Source: an uncultured Clostridia bacterium (GTDB taxonomy: Bacteria; Bacillota; Clostridia; Oscillospirales; JAAYOS01). From it: 64,000 nt of DNA. Made by a program: the position numbers and the translations under genes. The notes beneath the pieces were generated by a model. It was given only the letters and a program-made list of their open reading frames with translations. It was not told where the DNA came from and did not search any database. Below, one piece after another: positions 1-9,956 of this stretch. Numbering within the stretch: position 1 is the stretch's first letter; every line of letters starts with the position of its first letter. Location: NCBI GenBank assembly GCA_947631015.1, contig CANRJS010000009.1, positions 1,301 to 65,300 of the forward strand, read 5' to 3'.

Positions 1-1440
1 AAACTCCCGCGACTTCGCCTCGGCCTTCTTCGCCTCGTCCGCGCGGCCGAGCCGCGCGAGTATCTTCGCGTAGCCCGCCATGCCCATCGCCGCCTTTATC
101 GTGAGGTTGACGTTGTGGGCGAGGTGACCCGCAAAGTCGTCGGTGCAGAGCTGATTTTCCGGGTCGAGGCCGTAGCGGTCGAGGTAGCGGCTCCACTTAT
201 CGAGCAGGTCCATGTTTTCCGCGGCGAAGTCCGCGTTCCCGTCCCGCTCGCACATGGCCGCAACCACGATGAGGATGTTCCCGCTCTCCTCCACCGGCAT
301 CTGGTACTCGAGCTGGTTATTGCCGTAGACCTGTCCGTTCAGGAGCGGGTACTGCCCGACGTCGTGCGGCGCGAAGTCGAACTCCCACGCGTCACTCCGC
401 GCGTATTTCAGCACCGGACGGAGCATCCCGCGCAGCAGCTCGGTGTTGTAGCGCAGATAGAGAGGCGCGGACGGATATGTGAGGTCGACCGTCGCGGCGC
501 ACCCGTTCGAAAAGCACTCCTTCGATATGTAGAGGACGTTCCCCTCCGGGTCGAGCGCGAGCTTGTGTGCCGCCATCACCTGACGGTACGCGAGGGCAAG
601 TATTTCGCGGTACTTCTCCCCGCCCTTCCGTTCGGCCTCGCCGAGCATTTCGCGCGAGAACTTTTCGCACCGCGCGGAGATCTCCTCGTAGTCGGATAGC
701 GCCTCGTCCATCACCTGATCTATCGTCCTGCCGTCCTTCTTCCAGTAGGCCTTCACCGGCTCGCCGAAGTAGACAAGGCTCGATATGTCGTCGTACCCGA
801 AGGCAAAGAGCGCCGACGGGCGCAGCTCCGTCTCGGCATACACCGCGTACAGGTCCTCAAAGACCTCGTTTCCGGTCTCCGCCGCGCCTCGGACGGCGAG
901 GTAGAGGTATCCCCAGTCGATACGCACATCGTCCCCACTCCTCCAGAGTACCTTCTGCGCGCCGCTTCCCATGCAGACGCACGCGCCGTTTGCGAGCGGG
1001 ACGCCGCGCGAGCAGGCGCGTCCCTCGCCCGCGCGGTTGAGGACCAGTTCCTCCGAGACCGACACCTTCGCGCGGACGTCGTGCTCCGAGCCGTCGAGAC
1101 TCTTATAGCTCAGTTCGAGGTAACTCACCGGCCGCGACGCATAGTAGAGGTCGGTGATGAGCAGCGGCGAAAGGAGCCGCGCCGTGAGCTCTATCTTTTC
1201 GTTTGCAAAGACGGCGGTGGTGCTCACGGCGTCTATGTCGAGCGACTTCTGCTCTATCGCTTCGCCCTCCCCGCCGCCGAGGAAGCGGAGCGTCTCTCCG
1301 TCCACCGTGACCGTGCCGAGTATGGCGTTCCGGCTCCCCGTCCAGTGGACCGGCCACCGGCGGTTTATCTCGTCCCGGCTCCACACCGAGAAGTAGGGGT
1401 CGACCGTGATGAGCGGCACGGACGGCATACGCATCTTCAT
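1..1440 (-). CDS. DUF4965/DUF5127-family 'glutaminase A (GtaA)-like' protein, 3' end runs off the left edge
   Basis: Missing from the ORF track because it has no stop in the window. Manual translation from ATG 1440 (SD GGAGG) gives MKMRMPSVPLITVDPYFSVWS; near the left edge it reads LDPENQLCTDDFAGHLAHNVNLTIK. Both are motifs recognised for this family. Confidence 0.85.
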   Translation of the reverse strand, partial: MKMRMPSVPLITVDPYFSVWSRDEINRRWPVHWTGSRNAILGTVTVDGETLRFLGGGEGEAIEQKSLDIDAVSTTAVFANEKIELTARLLSPLLITDLYYASRPVSYLELSYKSLDGSEHDVRAKVSVSEELVLNRAGEGRACSRGVPLANGACVCMGSGAQKVLWRSGDDVRIDWGYLYLAVRGAAETGNEVFEDLYAVYAETELRPSALFAFGYDDISSLVYFGEPVKAYWKKDGRTIDQVMDEALSDYEEISARCEKFSREMLGEAERKGGEKYREILALAYRQVMAAHKLALDPEGNVLYISKECFSNGCAATVDLTYPSAPLYLRYNTELLRGMLRPVLKYARSDAWEFDFAPHDVGQYPLLNGQVYGNNQLEYQMPVEESGNILIVVAAMCERDGNADFAAENMDLLDKWSRYLDRYGLDPENQLCTDDFAGHLAHNVNLTIKAAMGMAGYAKILARLGRADEAKKAEAKSREF

Positions 1441-1520
1441 AATGTTTTCCTCCCTGATTTGTATTTTTTCTCCGTAAAATCCGCAAAGGACAGCGTTTCG
1501 CGCTGTCCTTTGTAGTTTCC

Positions 1521-2063
1521 TTATATCCCGAGCGTTCGGCGCGCCCTCTCTATTGCGAGCACTGTCGACTGTTGGTATATCTCTCCTGAGGATATCATCT
1601 TCTCTATTTCGTCGAAGGTCGCGGTCTCAAGTTCAAGCTCCTCGTTTACGTCGAAGTGCGTCTCTCCGGTCTTCCTGCACCCGGTAAAGAGAAAATACCA
1701 GATGTAGTTGTTGTTGCGGGCGGGATTTGTCGCATACTTTCCCAGAAGCACCGGCTCGTTCGGCGAAGTGTAACCCGTCTCCTCGGCAAGCTCACGCTTC
1801 GCCGCGTCCGCCATAGTCTCGCCCGGCTCGGGCGAGCCCGCCGGGACTTCAAGCGTTATCTCCCCGAGGGCGTGGCGGTACTGCCGCACGAGCAGAACCT
1901 GTCCCGCCTCCGTGACGGCGACCATGTTCACCCAGTCGGTGTACTCGCAGACATTGTACCCTTCGATGACGCGTCCGTTCGGAAGCGCCACGCGGTCACA
2001 GCGGAGGTTCCCGAAGGGCGACTTGTAGTAGTACTTCGAGCTTATGAGCGTCCACTTCTCCAT
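1521..2063 (-). CDS. NUDIX hydrolase (ADP-ribose pyrophosphatase-like)
   Basis: Nudix box AGSPEPGETMADAAKRELAEETGY; start trimmed to MEKW at 2063, just after the yebC stop. Confidence 0.9.
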   Translation of the reverse strand: MEKWTLISSKYYYKSPFGNLRCDRVALPNGRVIEGYNVCEYTDWVNMVAVTEAGQVLLVRQYRHALGEITLEVPAGSPEPGETMADAAKRELAEETGYTSPNEPVLLGKYATNPARNNNYIWYFLFTGCRKTGETHFDVNEELELETATFDEIEKMISSGEIYQQSTVLAIERARRTLGI

Positions 2064-2067
2064 GGAA

Positions 2068-2796
2068 TTACTCGGCGTCCTCCCAGTTGTGCCAGACCTC
2101 CTGCACATCGTCGTTGTCCTCGAGCGAGTCGAGCAGCTTCTGCATGCTCTTACGGCTGTCCTCGTCCGCTATCGAGACGTAGGTCTGCGGGACCATGGCG
2201 ACCTCGGCCTCGAGGAAGGTGTAGCCGAGCTTTTCGAGGGCTTCGAGCACCGCGCTGAAATCGTCCGGGTCGGTGTATATCTCGAAGGTCTCCTCATTCG
2301 CCTCAAACTCGGCGGCGCCGCTCTCTATCGCGTCCATCATGACCTTGTCCTCGTCGAGCTCGCCGCGCTCGATGACTATCGAGCCCTTCCTGTCAAACGA
2401 CCAGCTCACGCATCCCGTGACGCCGAGCGAGCCGCCGAACTTGTCAAACGCGTGGCGCACCTCGCTTGCGGTGCGGTTGCGGTTGTCGGTCATAGTCTCG
2501 ACTATGACGGCGACGCCGTTCGGGCCGTATCCCTCGTAAGTAATGCTCTCGTAGTTCGCGCCGTCCGACGCGCCGGAGGCGCGCTCTATGACGCGCTTGA
2601 GGTTATCGTTCGGGACATTGTTCGCCTTGGCCTTCGCGATGATGTCGCGCAGCTTGCCGTTCGAGTCGGGATTGGCTCCGCCCTCGCGCACCGCAAGGAT
2701 TATCTCGCGGCTCATCTTGGTGAATATTTTCGCCTTCTGGGCGTCTGTCTTGCTCTTCTTCGCCTGAATGTTATGCCACTTGGAATGACCGGACAT
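2068..2796 (-). CDS. yebC: YebC/PmpR family protein
   Basis: MSGHSKWHNIQAKK N-terminus, YEGYGPNGVAVIVE motif. Confidence 0.97.
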   Translation of the reverse strand: MSGHSKWHNIQAKKSKTDAQKAKIFTKMSREIILAVREGGANPDSNGKLRDIIAKAKANNVPNDNLKRVIERASGASDGANYESITYEGYGPNGVAVIVETMTDNRNRTASEVRHAFDKFGGSLGVTGCVSWSFDRKGSIVIERGELDEDKVMMDAIESGAAEFEANEETFEIYTDPDDFSAVLEALEKLGYTFLEAEVAMVPQTYVSIADEDSRKSMQKLLDSLEDNDDVQEVWHNWEDAE

Positions 2797-2846
2797 CTAA
2801 ACACACCTTCCGTAATATGCTGGTACTTCTTAGTACGTCTCTGAAT

Positions 2847-2875
2847 ATTGTAACATACATATCCGCCCTTTTCAA
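2847..2875 (-). promoter_or_regulatory. sigmaA-like promoter of yebC
   Basis: TTGAAA-N17-TACAAT on the minus strand. Confidence 0.65.
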
Positions 2876-2949
2876 GGGCGGATATTCGCTTTCAAAAAGT
2901 TCCCGCGGACTTTCCGCGTGAATTTGCCTCCCCGGAGATCTCCGCCGTC

Positions 2950-4233
2950 TCAGTTGAGGAAATCCTTCAGCTTCTTTGAGCGGCTGGGGTGGCGGAGCTT
3001 GCGGAGCGCCTTCGCCTCTATCTGGCGGATACGCTCGCGGGTGACGTTGAACTCCTTGCCGACCTCCTCGAGCGTGCGGGCGCGCCCGTCCTCTATGCCG
3101 AAGCGGAGACGGAGCACCTTCTCCTCGCGCGGGGACAGCGTGGAAAGAACCTCCACAAGCTGCTCCTTGAGGAGCGAGAAGCTCGCTACTTCCGCCGGCT
3201 CGGACGCTCTCTCGTCCTCGATGAAGTCTCCGAGGTGGCTGTCCTCCTCCTCGCCTATCGGGGTCTCGAGACTCACCGGCTCCTGCGCTATCTTCATTAT
3301 CTCGCGGACCTTGTCCACCGGCATATCCATTCTCTCGGCGATGTCCTCAGGCTGGGGGTCGTGACCGAGCTCCTGAAGGAGCTGGCGGGAGACGCGGATG
3401 ACCTTGTTTATCGTCTCTACCATGTGGACGGGTATGCGTATCGTGCGCGCCTGATCCGCTATGGCGCGGGTTATTGCCTGACGTATCCACCATGTCGCGT
3501 AGGTGGAGAACTTATAGCCTTTGGTATAGTCGAACTTCTCCACAGCCTTGATGAGACCCAGATTGCCCTCCTGGATGAGGTCGAGGAAGAGCATCCCGCG
3601 CCCGACGTACCGCTTCGCTATGCTGACGACAAGGCGGAGGTTCGCTTCGGTGAGCTTCTTCTTTGCGCGGTTGCCGCGCTCGACGGCGGCCTTCAGCTCC
3701 TTCTCCTTCGCCTCGTCTATCGCGGCGAGCTCTTCCGGGAGGTCGCCGCCCGCCTTCCGCGCGGATTCGAGCTTTTCGAGGAGGTCGCGCGCCTCGTAGC
3801 CCTTGCCGATGTCCTGCGCAAGCTCTATCTCCTCGTCCGCGCTCGAGAGCAGGTCGACCGAGCCTATCTCCTTGAGGTACATACGCACCGGGTCATCGAG
3901 CTTGAAGCTGTCCGCAAGCGACTGCGTATCGACAAGCTCGTCCTCGGTTATCTCCTCGATGCTCTCAAGCTCCTCCGGGGGAACATCCATATCGTCGTCG
4001 ATACGTTCGAGCGCCTCTATCTCCTCGTCCTCGACCGTGACCTCTATCGAGTTTGCCTCGAGTGTGTCGTAGAGCTTCTCTATCTGGTCGTCGTCAAGCT
4101 CGAGCTCGTCTATTACCATCTTGATATCCGAGCTGTCCAGCTTGCCGCTCTCCTTGCCCCGCTCGATGAGGTTCGTGAGCAAAGTCTTTTTTCCCTCCTC
4201 CGAGGGTGTCTTCTGAATATTATTACTCGCCAT
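2950..4233 (-). CDS. rpoD: RNA polymerase primary sigma factor
   Basis: [12 protein letters not shown], region 2 [36 protein letters not shown], region 4 [22 protein letters not shown]. Confidence 0.99.
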   Translation of the reverse strand: MASNNIQKTPSEEGKKTLLTNLIERGKESGKLDSSDIKMVIDELELDDDQIEKLYDTLEANSIEVTVEDEEIEALERIDDDMDVPPEELESIEEITEDELVDTQSLADSFKLDDPVRMYLKEIGSVDLLSSADEEIELAQDIGKGYEARDLLEKLESARKAGGDLPEELAAIDEAKEKELKAAVERGNRAKKKLTEANLRLVVSIAKRYVGRGMLFLDLIQEGNLGLIKAVEKFDYTKGYKFSTYATWWIRQAITRAIADQARTIRIPVHMVETINKVIRVSRQLLQELGHDPQPEDIAERMDMPVDKVREIMKIAQEPVSLETPIGEEEDSHLGDFIEDERASEPAEVASFSLLKEQLVEVLSTLSPREEKVLRLRFGIEDGRARTLEEVGKEFNVTRERIRQIEAKALRKLRHPSRSKKLKDFLN

Positions 4234-5968
4234 CTTCTTTATCCTCCCAGCCCTTTGTCTTTTTCAATTTCTGCCATCTTTCCACGAGATCGTCCGGCGC
4301 CTGTCTTTGCTCGTACCCCGCGCGCACGACCTCTACATAGCTCAAAAACGCCGCTTCGCCTCCCGGCTCCGGGTCCATCAGGACCTTCATGACAAGTGAC
4401 AGCTCCGCCGGCGTCAGCCTACCCTCGAATATCGCGGGCGACGGCGCCCTGCCCTCGTCCGCCGCTTCGAGCATGGCGGAATACGCCTTTGCGAGCGTCT
4501 CCGAGCTGAATTGCTCCGGCGGCAAAGCCTCACGCGCCTTGCGGAGCAGTTCTCCGTCCGAATACATACATCGGATAAGTCCCTCCTCCGCGCGGGCCGA
4601 CTTCGTATCCGAATACCGCACCTCGCGCTCCTTAGGCTGCATCGCCGCCACGGGATTGAGCTCCCGCCGCCGCTCCGCCGAGCGTTCCTTGCCCGCCTTC
4701 TTCTTCCGCGCGATCGCCACCTCGTCAGCGACGGCCTCCGCCCTCACTCCCGCGAGCTCCGCGACGCGTGAGCTGTACACCGCGCGCTCGGCGGGGCTTG
4801 ACAGCTCCGCGAGCATCTCCGCCGCGTCGTGAAGGAAGCTTATCCTCCCCTCGTCGCTCGAGAGGTCGTACTTGCCCCGGAGTGTGCCGAGGCGGTACTC
4901 GATGTGTCCCTCCGACTGTGTGAGCCGCGCCGAGAGCGCGTCCGCCCCGAACCGCTTGATGAACTCGTCCGGGTCCTTCGCGCCCGCCATGTCTATCAGC
5001 TTCACCTTTATGCCCGCGTCCTCGAGGAGCTTTATCGCCCGCTCTGCGGCGCCGCGTCCCGCGGCGTCCATGTCGTAGGCTATCACCGCCTCCTGCTTGT
5101 AGCGCGAGATAAGCCGCGCCTGCGCGTCGGTGAGCGCCGTGCCTAGCGACGCGACCGCGCTCGAAAACCCCGCCTGGTGAAGGCTTATCACGTCCATATA
5201 CCCTTCGGCAAGTATCATCGCGGGATAGGTCGATTTCTTTGCGAGGTTCATCGCAAACAGGTTGCGGCTCTTCGAGAACGCTATCGTCTCCGGGCTGTTC
5301 AAATACTTCGGCTGCGAGTCGTCAAGCACCCGCCCTCCGAAGCCTATGACCTCGCCCCGGAGGTCGATTATCGGGAACATCACCCTGCCCCGGAACCGGT
5401 CGTAGAGCCCGCCCTTCCTGTTCGCGACGGCAAGCCCCGCCTCCAGAAAGAGCGACTTTTCGTAGCCCTTTATCCCGCCGAGAAGGTCGTCCCAGCTGTC
5501 CGGCGCCCATCCGAGGCCGAAGCGCCTTATCGTCCTGTCGGTGAGGCCGCGCGAGTAAAAATACTCCAGTCCTCTCCGGCCGCCCGGCGAGTAGAGGTTT
5601 GCGTGGAAGCGGCGCGCCGCCTCCTTATTCAGTGTGAGCACCTGCGCGCGCCGTTTTGACGTGTCGGCGTCCCCGTCCTCGGGGACGGTCATGCCGACCC
5701 GCGCCGCGAGGTGCTTGACGGCATCCACGAACCCGAGGTTCTCCGCCTTCATTATAAACGTTATTACTCCGCCTCCCTCGCCGCAGCCGAAGCAGTGGAA
5801 TATCTGGCGGTCGCGGTTTACCGAGAAGGACGGCGTCTTTTCCGAGTGGAAGGGGCAGAGTCCGAACAGATTTGTGCCCTTCTGCTTCAGTTCGACATAC
5901 TCGCTCACGACGTCAACGATGTCGCTCCGCTCGACAAGCTCGTCCAAAAACGACTGAGGTATCGGCAC
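4223..5968 (-). CDS. dnaG: DNA primase
   Basis: Zn finger [11 protein letters not shown]...[24 protein letters not shown] and YDMD. Confidence 0.99.
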   Translation of the reverse strand: MPIPQSFLDELVERSDIVDVVSEYVELKQKGTNLFGLCPFHSEKTPSFSVNRDRQIFHCFGCGEGGGVITFIMKAENLGFVDAVKHLAARVGMTVPEDGDADTSKRRAQVLTLNKEAARRFHANLYSPGGRRGLEYFYSRGLTDRTIRRFGLGWAPDSWDDLLGGIKGYEKSLFLEAGLAVANRKGGLYDRFRGRVMFPIIDLRGEVIGFGGRVLDDSQPKYLNSPETIAFSKSRNLFAMNLAKKSTYPAMILAEGYMDVISLHQAGFSSAVASLGTALTDAQARLISRYKQEAVIAYDMDAAGRGAAERAIKLLEDAGIKVKLIDMAGAKDPDEFIKRFGADALSARLTQSEGHIEYRLGTLRGKYDLSSDEGRISFLHDAAEMLAELSSPAERAVYSSRVAELAGVRAEAVADEVAIARKKKAGKERSAERRRELNPVAAMQPKEREVRYSDTKSARAEEGLIRCMYSDGELLRKAREALPPEQFSSETLAKAYSAMLEAADEGRAPSPAIFEGRLTPAELSLVMKVLMDPEPGGEAAFLSYVEVVRAGYEQRQAPDDLVERWQKLKKTKGWEDKEDGE

Positions 5969-6063
5969 CCTGTCCTCCTTCCCTTCCGCTGTGCGTTACA
6001 ATAATCCCCAACACGGCGGAAAAATATTCATAACCCGCCATTTGCGGGAAAATGCAAGCTGTT

Positions 6064-7068
6064 TCAGCTGTGCTTTGTCCACCCATAGGGTATAAACAGC
6101 TCTGTGAAGCGTTCGACGGCGTAGTTGTCGGTCATGCCGGATATATAGTCCGCCGCCGCGCGCTCCGCGCCGTATTCTTCGACGAGGTAGCGGTCGTCCT
6201 CGGGAAGCGTCTCCGGGTGCTCCGCATAGTAGCAGTAGAGCATCTTCAGCATCTCCTTGGCCTTGCCCTCCTCGCCCTTCGCTATGGGGTTGCGGTAGAC
6301 CCGCTCGAACATGAAGTCGCGCAGCTCGTTCATGGCGGGGCCGACCGTGTCACTCATGCGTATCTCCCCTCCGTCGCTTGAGAGTATGACGTCGAGGACC
6401 ATCGTATTTATCCGCTCGCTGTAAGTCTCGCCGAGAACGTCGCGAAGGCGCTTTGATATGTCCTCCCCGCGGAGTATGCCGGCGCGTATCGCGTCGTCAA
6501 TGTCATGGTTTATGTACGCTATCCTGTCCGCAAACTTCAGTACGCGTCCCTCCGGCGTCATCGCCTCGGCGTCTCCGCTGTGGCAGAGCGCGCCGTCAAC
6601 GACCTCTGCCGAGAGGTTCAGACCCTTCCCGTTCCGCTCGAGTATCTCCACGACGCGCGCGGACTGCTCGTTGTGGGCAAACCCGCCGGGGACTACTTCG
6701 TCGAGGGCGTATTCCCCGGCGTGGCCGAACGGCGTGTGTCCGAGGTCGTGCGCGAGCGCCTGCGCCTCGACAAGGTCCTCGTTTAGTCGCAGACCGCGCA
6801 CGATGGTGCGCGCTATTCGCGCGACCTCCAGCGTGTGCGTGAGGCGGGTGCGGTAGTGGTCGCCCTCCGGGCGCAGGAATACCTGCGTCTTGTGCTTGAG
6901 ACGCCGGAACGCCTTTGAATGTATCACCCTGTCAATGTCGCGCTGGAAGCAGGTGCGTATAGGGCACGGCTCCTCCTCCCGCGCTCTGCCGGCGGAGTTT
7001 GCGGCAAGCGTCGCGTAGTCTGCGAGCGTCGCGCGCTCCAGTTCCTCATAGTGCTCTCTCAGGGTCAT
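6064..7068 (-). CDS. dgt: Deoxyguanosinetriphosphate triphosphohydrolase-like HD protein
   Basis: FRRLKHKTQVF, RTRLTHTLEV, HDLGHTPFGHAGE. Confidence 0.95.
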   Translation of the reverse strand: MTLREHYEELERATLADYATLAANSAGRAREEEPCPIRTCFQRDIDRVIHSKAFRRLKHKTQVFLRPEGDHYRTRLTHTLEVARIARTIVRGLRLNEDLVEAQALAHDLGHTPFGHAGEYALDEVVPGGFAHNEQSARVVEILERNGKGLNLSAEVVDGALCHSGDAEAMTPEGRVLKFADRIAYINHDIDDAIRAGILRGEDISKRLRDVLGETYSERINTMVLDVILSSDGGEIRMSDTVGPAMNELRDFMFERVYRNPIAKGEEGKAKEMLKMLYCYYAEHPETLPEDDRYLVEEYGAERAAADYISGMTDNYAVERFTELFIPYGWTKHS

Positions 7069-7180
7069 GGCGCATCATCTCCGTCCTACTATATATTACG
7101 CCGCCCGCTTACCAAAACACTCTTTTTTGCCGCAAAAAAATTCGACCTTCTTCGCGGTGGCGACGGATTCTCCGGAATCG

Positions 7181-7813
7181 TCACTTTATCCTCACCGCGC
7201 GCCGCCGCTCGCCGCACGGACGCGGGTCGACCACCCCCGCCGTCAGCTCGACGGCGCGGAGGCGGAACTTTTCTTCTTCCCCGCCGGGTATCCAGTAATC
7301 CATGGTGACGGCGTCGGTGTACTCCGTACCGTCGAGCCCGCCTCCGGCGGCCTCGATCTCGAGGCGCATCCGCTCGAAGAAGGTGTAGTCGACGCGCGTG
7401 GAGTAGACACTCACCTTCTTCATCGCGGCGACGCCCGCCGCGTCGAGCGCTATCTTCGCGCCGTGTGCGTAGGCGCGGATGAGTCCGCCCGCGCCGAGAA
7501 GTATGCCGCCGAAGTACCGCGTCACGATGCAGAGGCAGTTCGTCACTCCCTCACGCGTGAGGGCTTCGAGCACCGGGCGTCCCGCCGTGCCGGACGGCTC
7601 GCCGTCGTCCGAGCAGCGGGTGACGCCGCCCGCAAGCGACCACGCCGAGACGTTGTGCGAGGCGTCCCAGAACTTTTTCTTCGTCTCGGCGATTATCTCC
7701 TGCGCCTCCGCCTCGCTCTCGACGCGCCAGAGCCTGCCGATGAACCGCGAGCGCTTCTCTGTAAACTCGTCCTCCGCGCGCTCGAGGAACGGCACAAGAT
7801 ATTCGTCGTTCAT
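7181..7813 (-). CDS. yigZ: YigZ/IMPACT family protein
   Basis: EKRSRFIG, SDDGEPSGTAGRP, VTRYFGGILLGAGGLIRAY; start MNDEY overlaps the hflX stop (ATGA). Confidence 0.93.
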   Translation of the reverse strand: MNDEYLVPFLERAEDEFTEKRSRFIGRLWRVESEAEAQEIIAETKKKFWDASHNVSAWSLAGGVTRCSDDGEPSGTAGRPVLEALTREGVTNCLCIVTRYFGGILLGAGGLIRAYAHGAKIALDAAGVAAMKKVSVYSTRVDYTFFERMRLEIEAAGGGLDGTEYTDAVTMDYWIPGGEEEKFRLRAVELTAGVVDPRPCGERRRAVRIK

Positions 7814-9066
7814 TTCTCGACCGCTCCCCTGCTTTTGAGATACTGCACCGTCGGCTCGTCGCACTCCGCCCGGACCGTCACCGTTCCCGGCTCGTACTCG
7901 ACCTCGACCGCCCCGGCTCTTTCGCGCAGCCACTCGACAAGACCGAGCTGCGAGTATTCGAGCGCAAACGTCACCGGGCGCTTCGGCTTCGCGAGCGCTG
8001 CCCGTAGAGACGCTATGAGCCTGTCCAGACCCTCGCCCTTCGCCGCCGAGACCGCGACGTCATATTCGCGGAGCGGCGCCGGCTCCGTGCAAAGATCCAT
8101 CTTGTTGAATACCCGTATCCTCGGCGTCGCCGCCGCCCCAAGCTCCTCTATAAGCGACTCGGTGACCTCCGCCTGCCGCTCCCACTCGGGCGACGAGTAG
8201 TCTATCACATGAAGTATGGCGTCCGCGTACTCCAGCTCCTCGAGCGTCGCCTTGAACGCCTCGACGAGCGTGTGCGGCAGCTTCCGCACGAACCCGACCG
8301 TGTCCGAAAATATCAGCCGGAACCCGTCCGGCGCGGTGTAGGCGCGCGTCGTCGGGTCGAGGGTGTCAAAGAGCCTGTCCCGGCCGGCGACGCCGCCGCA
8401 GAGCGCGCCGAGAAGCGTCGACTTTCCCGCGTTCGTGTAGCCGACTATCGCCACCGTCGGCACGCCGCTCTTCACCCGCCGCTCGCGCTGCGTGCCGCGC
8501 ACGCGGCGGACGCGCTCAAACTCCTCCTCGAGGTGCGCTATCCTCCGGCGGATGTGCCGCCGGTCGCTCTCGAGCTTGCTTTCGCCCGGGCCGCGCGTGC
8601 CTATTCCGCCGCCAAGACGGCTCATCGCCGTTCCGAGCCCCGAGAGTTTAGACAGCATGTATCGGTACTGCGCGAGTTCGACCTGGAGCCGTCCCTCGCT
8701 CGTGCGGGCGCGGCCGGCAAAGATGTCGAGTATCAGCGCGGGACGGTCGAGGACGGTCGTGTCGAGCGTCTTGGAGAGGTTCCGAAGCTGGCTCGGGGAC
8801 AGCTCGTTGTCGAATATGACGAGCTCCGCGCCGCTCTCCTCCGCGAGCTTCTTTATCTCCTCCGCCTTGCCCTCGCCGATAAAGGTCGCCGCGTCCGGCG
8901 CGGGACGCCTTTGCAGCACCGAGCCGACGCACTCCCCGCCCGCCGCCTCGAGCAACAGGGCAAGCTCCTCCATGCTCTCGTAGTCCGAGCTGTCATGTTC
9001 GAGGAGCGGACAGTCGAGACCGACGAGCACCGCGCGCTCTGTTTTTTCGTGTTTTGTTTCTTCCAT
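7810..9066 (-). CDS. hflX: GTPase HflX
   Basis: LQVELAQ, GPGESKLESDRR, GYTNAGKSTL, DTVGF; start trimmed to MEETK with SD AAGGAG. Confidence 0.97.
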   Translation of the reverse strand: MEETKHEKTERAVLVGLDCPLLEHDSSDYESMEELALLLEAAGGECVGSVLQRRPAPDAATFIGEGKAEEIKKLAEESGAELVIFDNELSPSQLRNLSKTLDTTVLDRPALILDIFAGRARTSEGRLQVELAQYRYMLSKLSGLGTAMSRLGGGIGTRGPGESKLESDRRHIRRRIAHLEEEFERVRRVRGTQRERRVKSGVPTVAIVGYTNAGKSTLLGALCGGVAGRDRLFDTLDPTTRAYTAPDGFRLIFSDTVGFVRKLPHTLVEAFKATLEELEYADAILHVIDYSSPEWERQAEVTESLIEELGAAATPRIRVFNKMDLCTEPAPLREYDVAVSAAKGEGLDRLIASLRAALAKPKRPVTFALEYSQLGLVEWLRERAGAVEVEYEPGTVTVRAECDEPTVQYLKSRGAVEK

Positions 9067-9330
9067 ATATTCTCCTTCATCGCGGGAGCCGCTGTTTTCC
9101 CCCGTTTGCCATAAACACAACAAAAACCGTATGATATGTCGTGGACGCATTTCTTTTCCGCGTTTATACTTGATTCAAACAGAAATACATAGCTATTGTA
9201 TCATGTTTTGCGCGTTTTGCAAGGGTACGCATCTTTCGGCACACAGCTCCGTCAAATCGTGCAGAAAGCCCCGCCGGATTCTCCTGCTTTTGGTGCATAT
9301 AGCTGAATCTGAAATATTTTGAAAAAGTCC

Positions 9331-9390
9331 TTGACATTAGGTAAGCAACCTACTAAAATAAGTAGGTAAGCAAAATAATAGGTTTCCTAA
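9331..9390 (+). promoter_or_regulatory. sigmaA promoter of marR-ABC operon overlapped by TAGGT inverted/direct repeats (candidate operator)
   Basis: TTGACA(9331)-N17-TAAAAT(9354); TAGGT-N5-ACCTA 9338-9352; ACCTACT-N6-AGTAGGT 9348-9367. Confidence 0.75.
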
Positions 9391-9417
9391 CGATTATGAA
9401 AGGAGGATCCAACAATA

Positions 9418-9936
9418 GTGAGACAGCCCTTCCCCGAACCCCCCGCGCCGGACGGCAAACGTCCGCCCGAGCCGCCCATGCCCGACCCGTCCGAGCCGGT
9501 CGAGCTGAGGCTTGTCAGCCTGTTCTTCCGGCTGATGCACACGCCGTGGATGAAGGTCCCCGCCCCCGGCCTCACGAATTCGGAGACGCGGATACTCTTC
9601 GCCGTCCGCGGCAGCGAGCACACCGGGCATCCCATACGGGTGCGCGACCTCAGCCGCATGCTCCGCGTGAGCTCGCCCACGATAACCCAGCACATCAACT
9701 CGCTTGAGAGCCGCGGGCTCGTCCTGCGCGAGCAGTCCCCAAAGGACAAGCGCGAGGTACACATCGCCCTCACCGAGCTCGGGAACGCGACGTTGGAGGG
9801 ACATCGGGACGTGCTCCTGCAGAACTTCCGCGAGTTTGCCGAATATCTCGGCGGCGGGGACGCGGAAAAGCTCGCGGAGCTCATAGCAAAGACCTGTGAG
9901 TTCTTCAACGAAAAAGAAAAACAGTATTCGGACTGA
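9418..9936 (+). CDS. MarR family transcriptional regulator with Pro-rich N-terminus
   Basis: wHTH RVRDLSRMLRVSSPTITQHINSLESRGLV, DKREVHIALTELG. Confidence 0.9.
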   Translation: MRQPFPEPPAPDGKRPPEPPMPDPSEPVELRLVSLFFRLMHTPWMKVPAPGLTNSETRILFAVRGSEHTGHPIRVRDLSRMLRVSSPTITQHINSLESRGLVLREQSPKDKREVHIALTELGNATLEGHRDVLLQNFREFAEYLGGGDAEKLAELIAKTCEFFNEKEKQYSD

Positions 9937-9956
9937 TTCAAAAGGAGTGACGATTT

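Noticed and set aside
9067-9200. Antibiotic-responsive leader peptide (MRPRH...) for hflX
   Set aside because: It is in frame with hflX, has a weak SD and no terminator/antiterminator was found; the evidence is insufficient.
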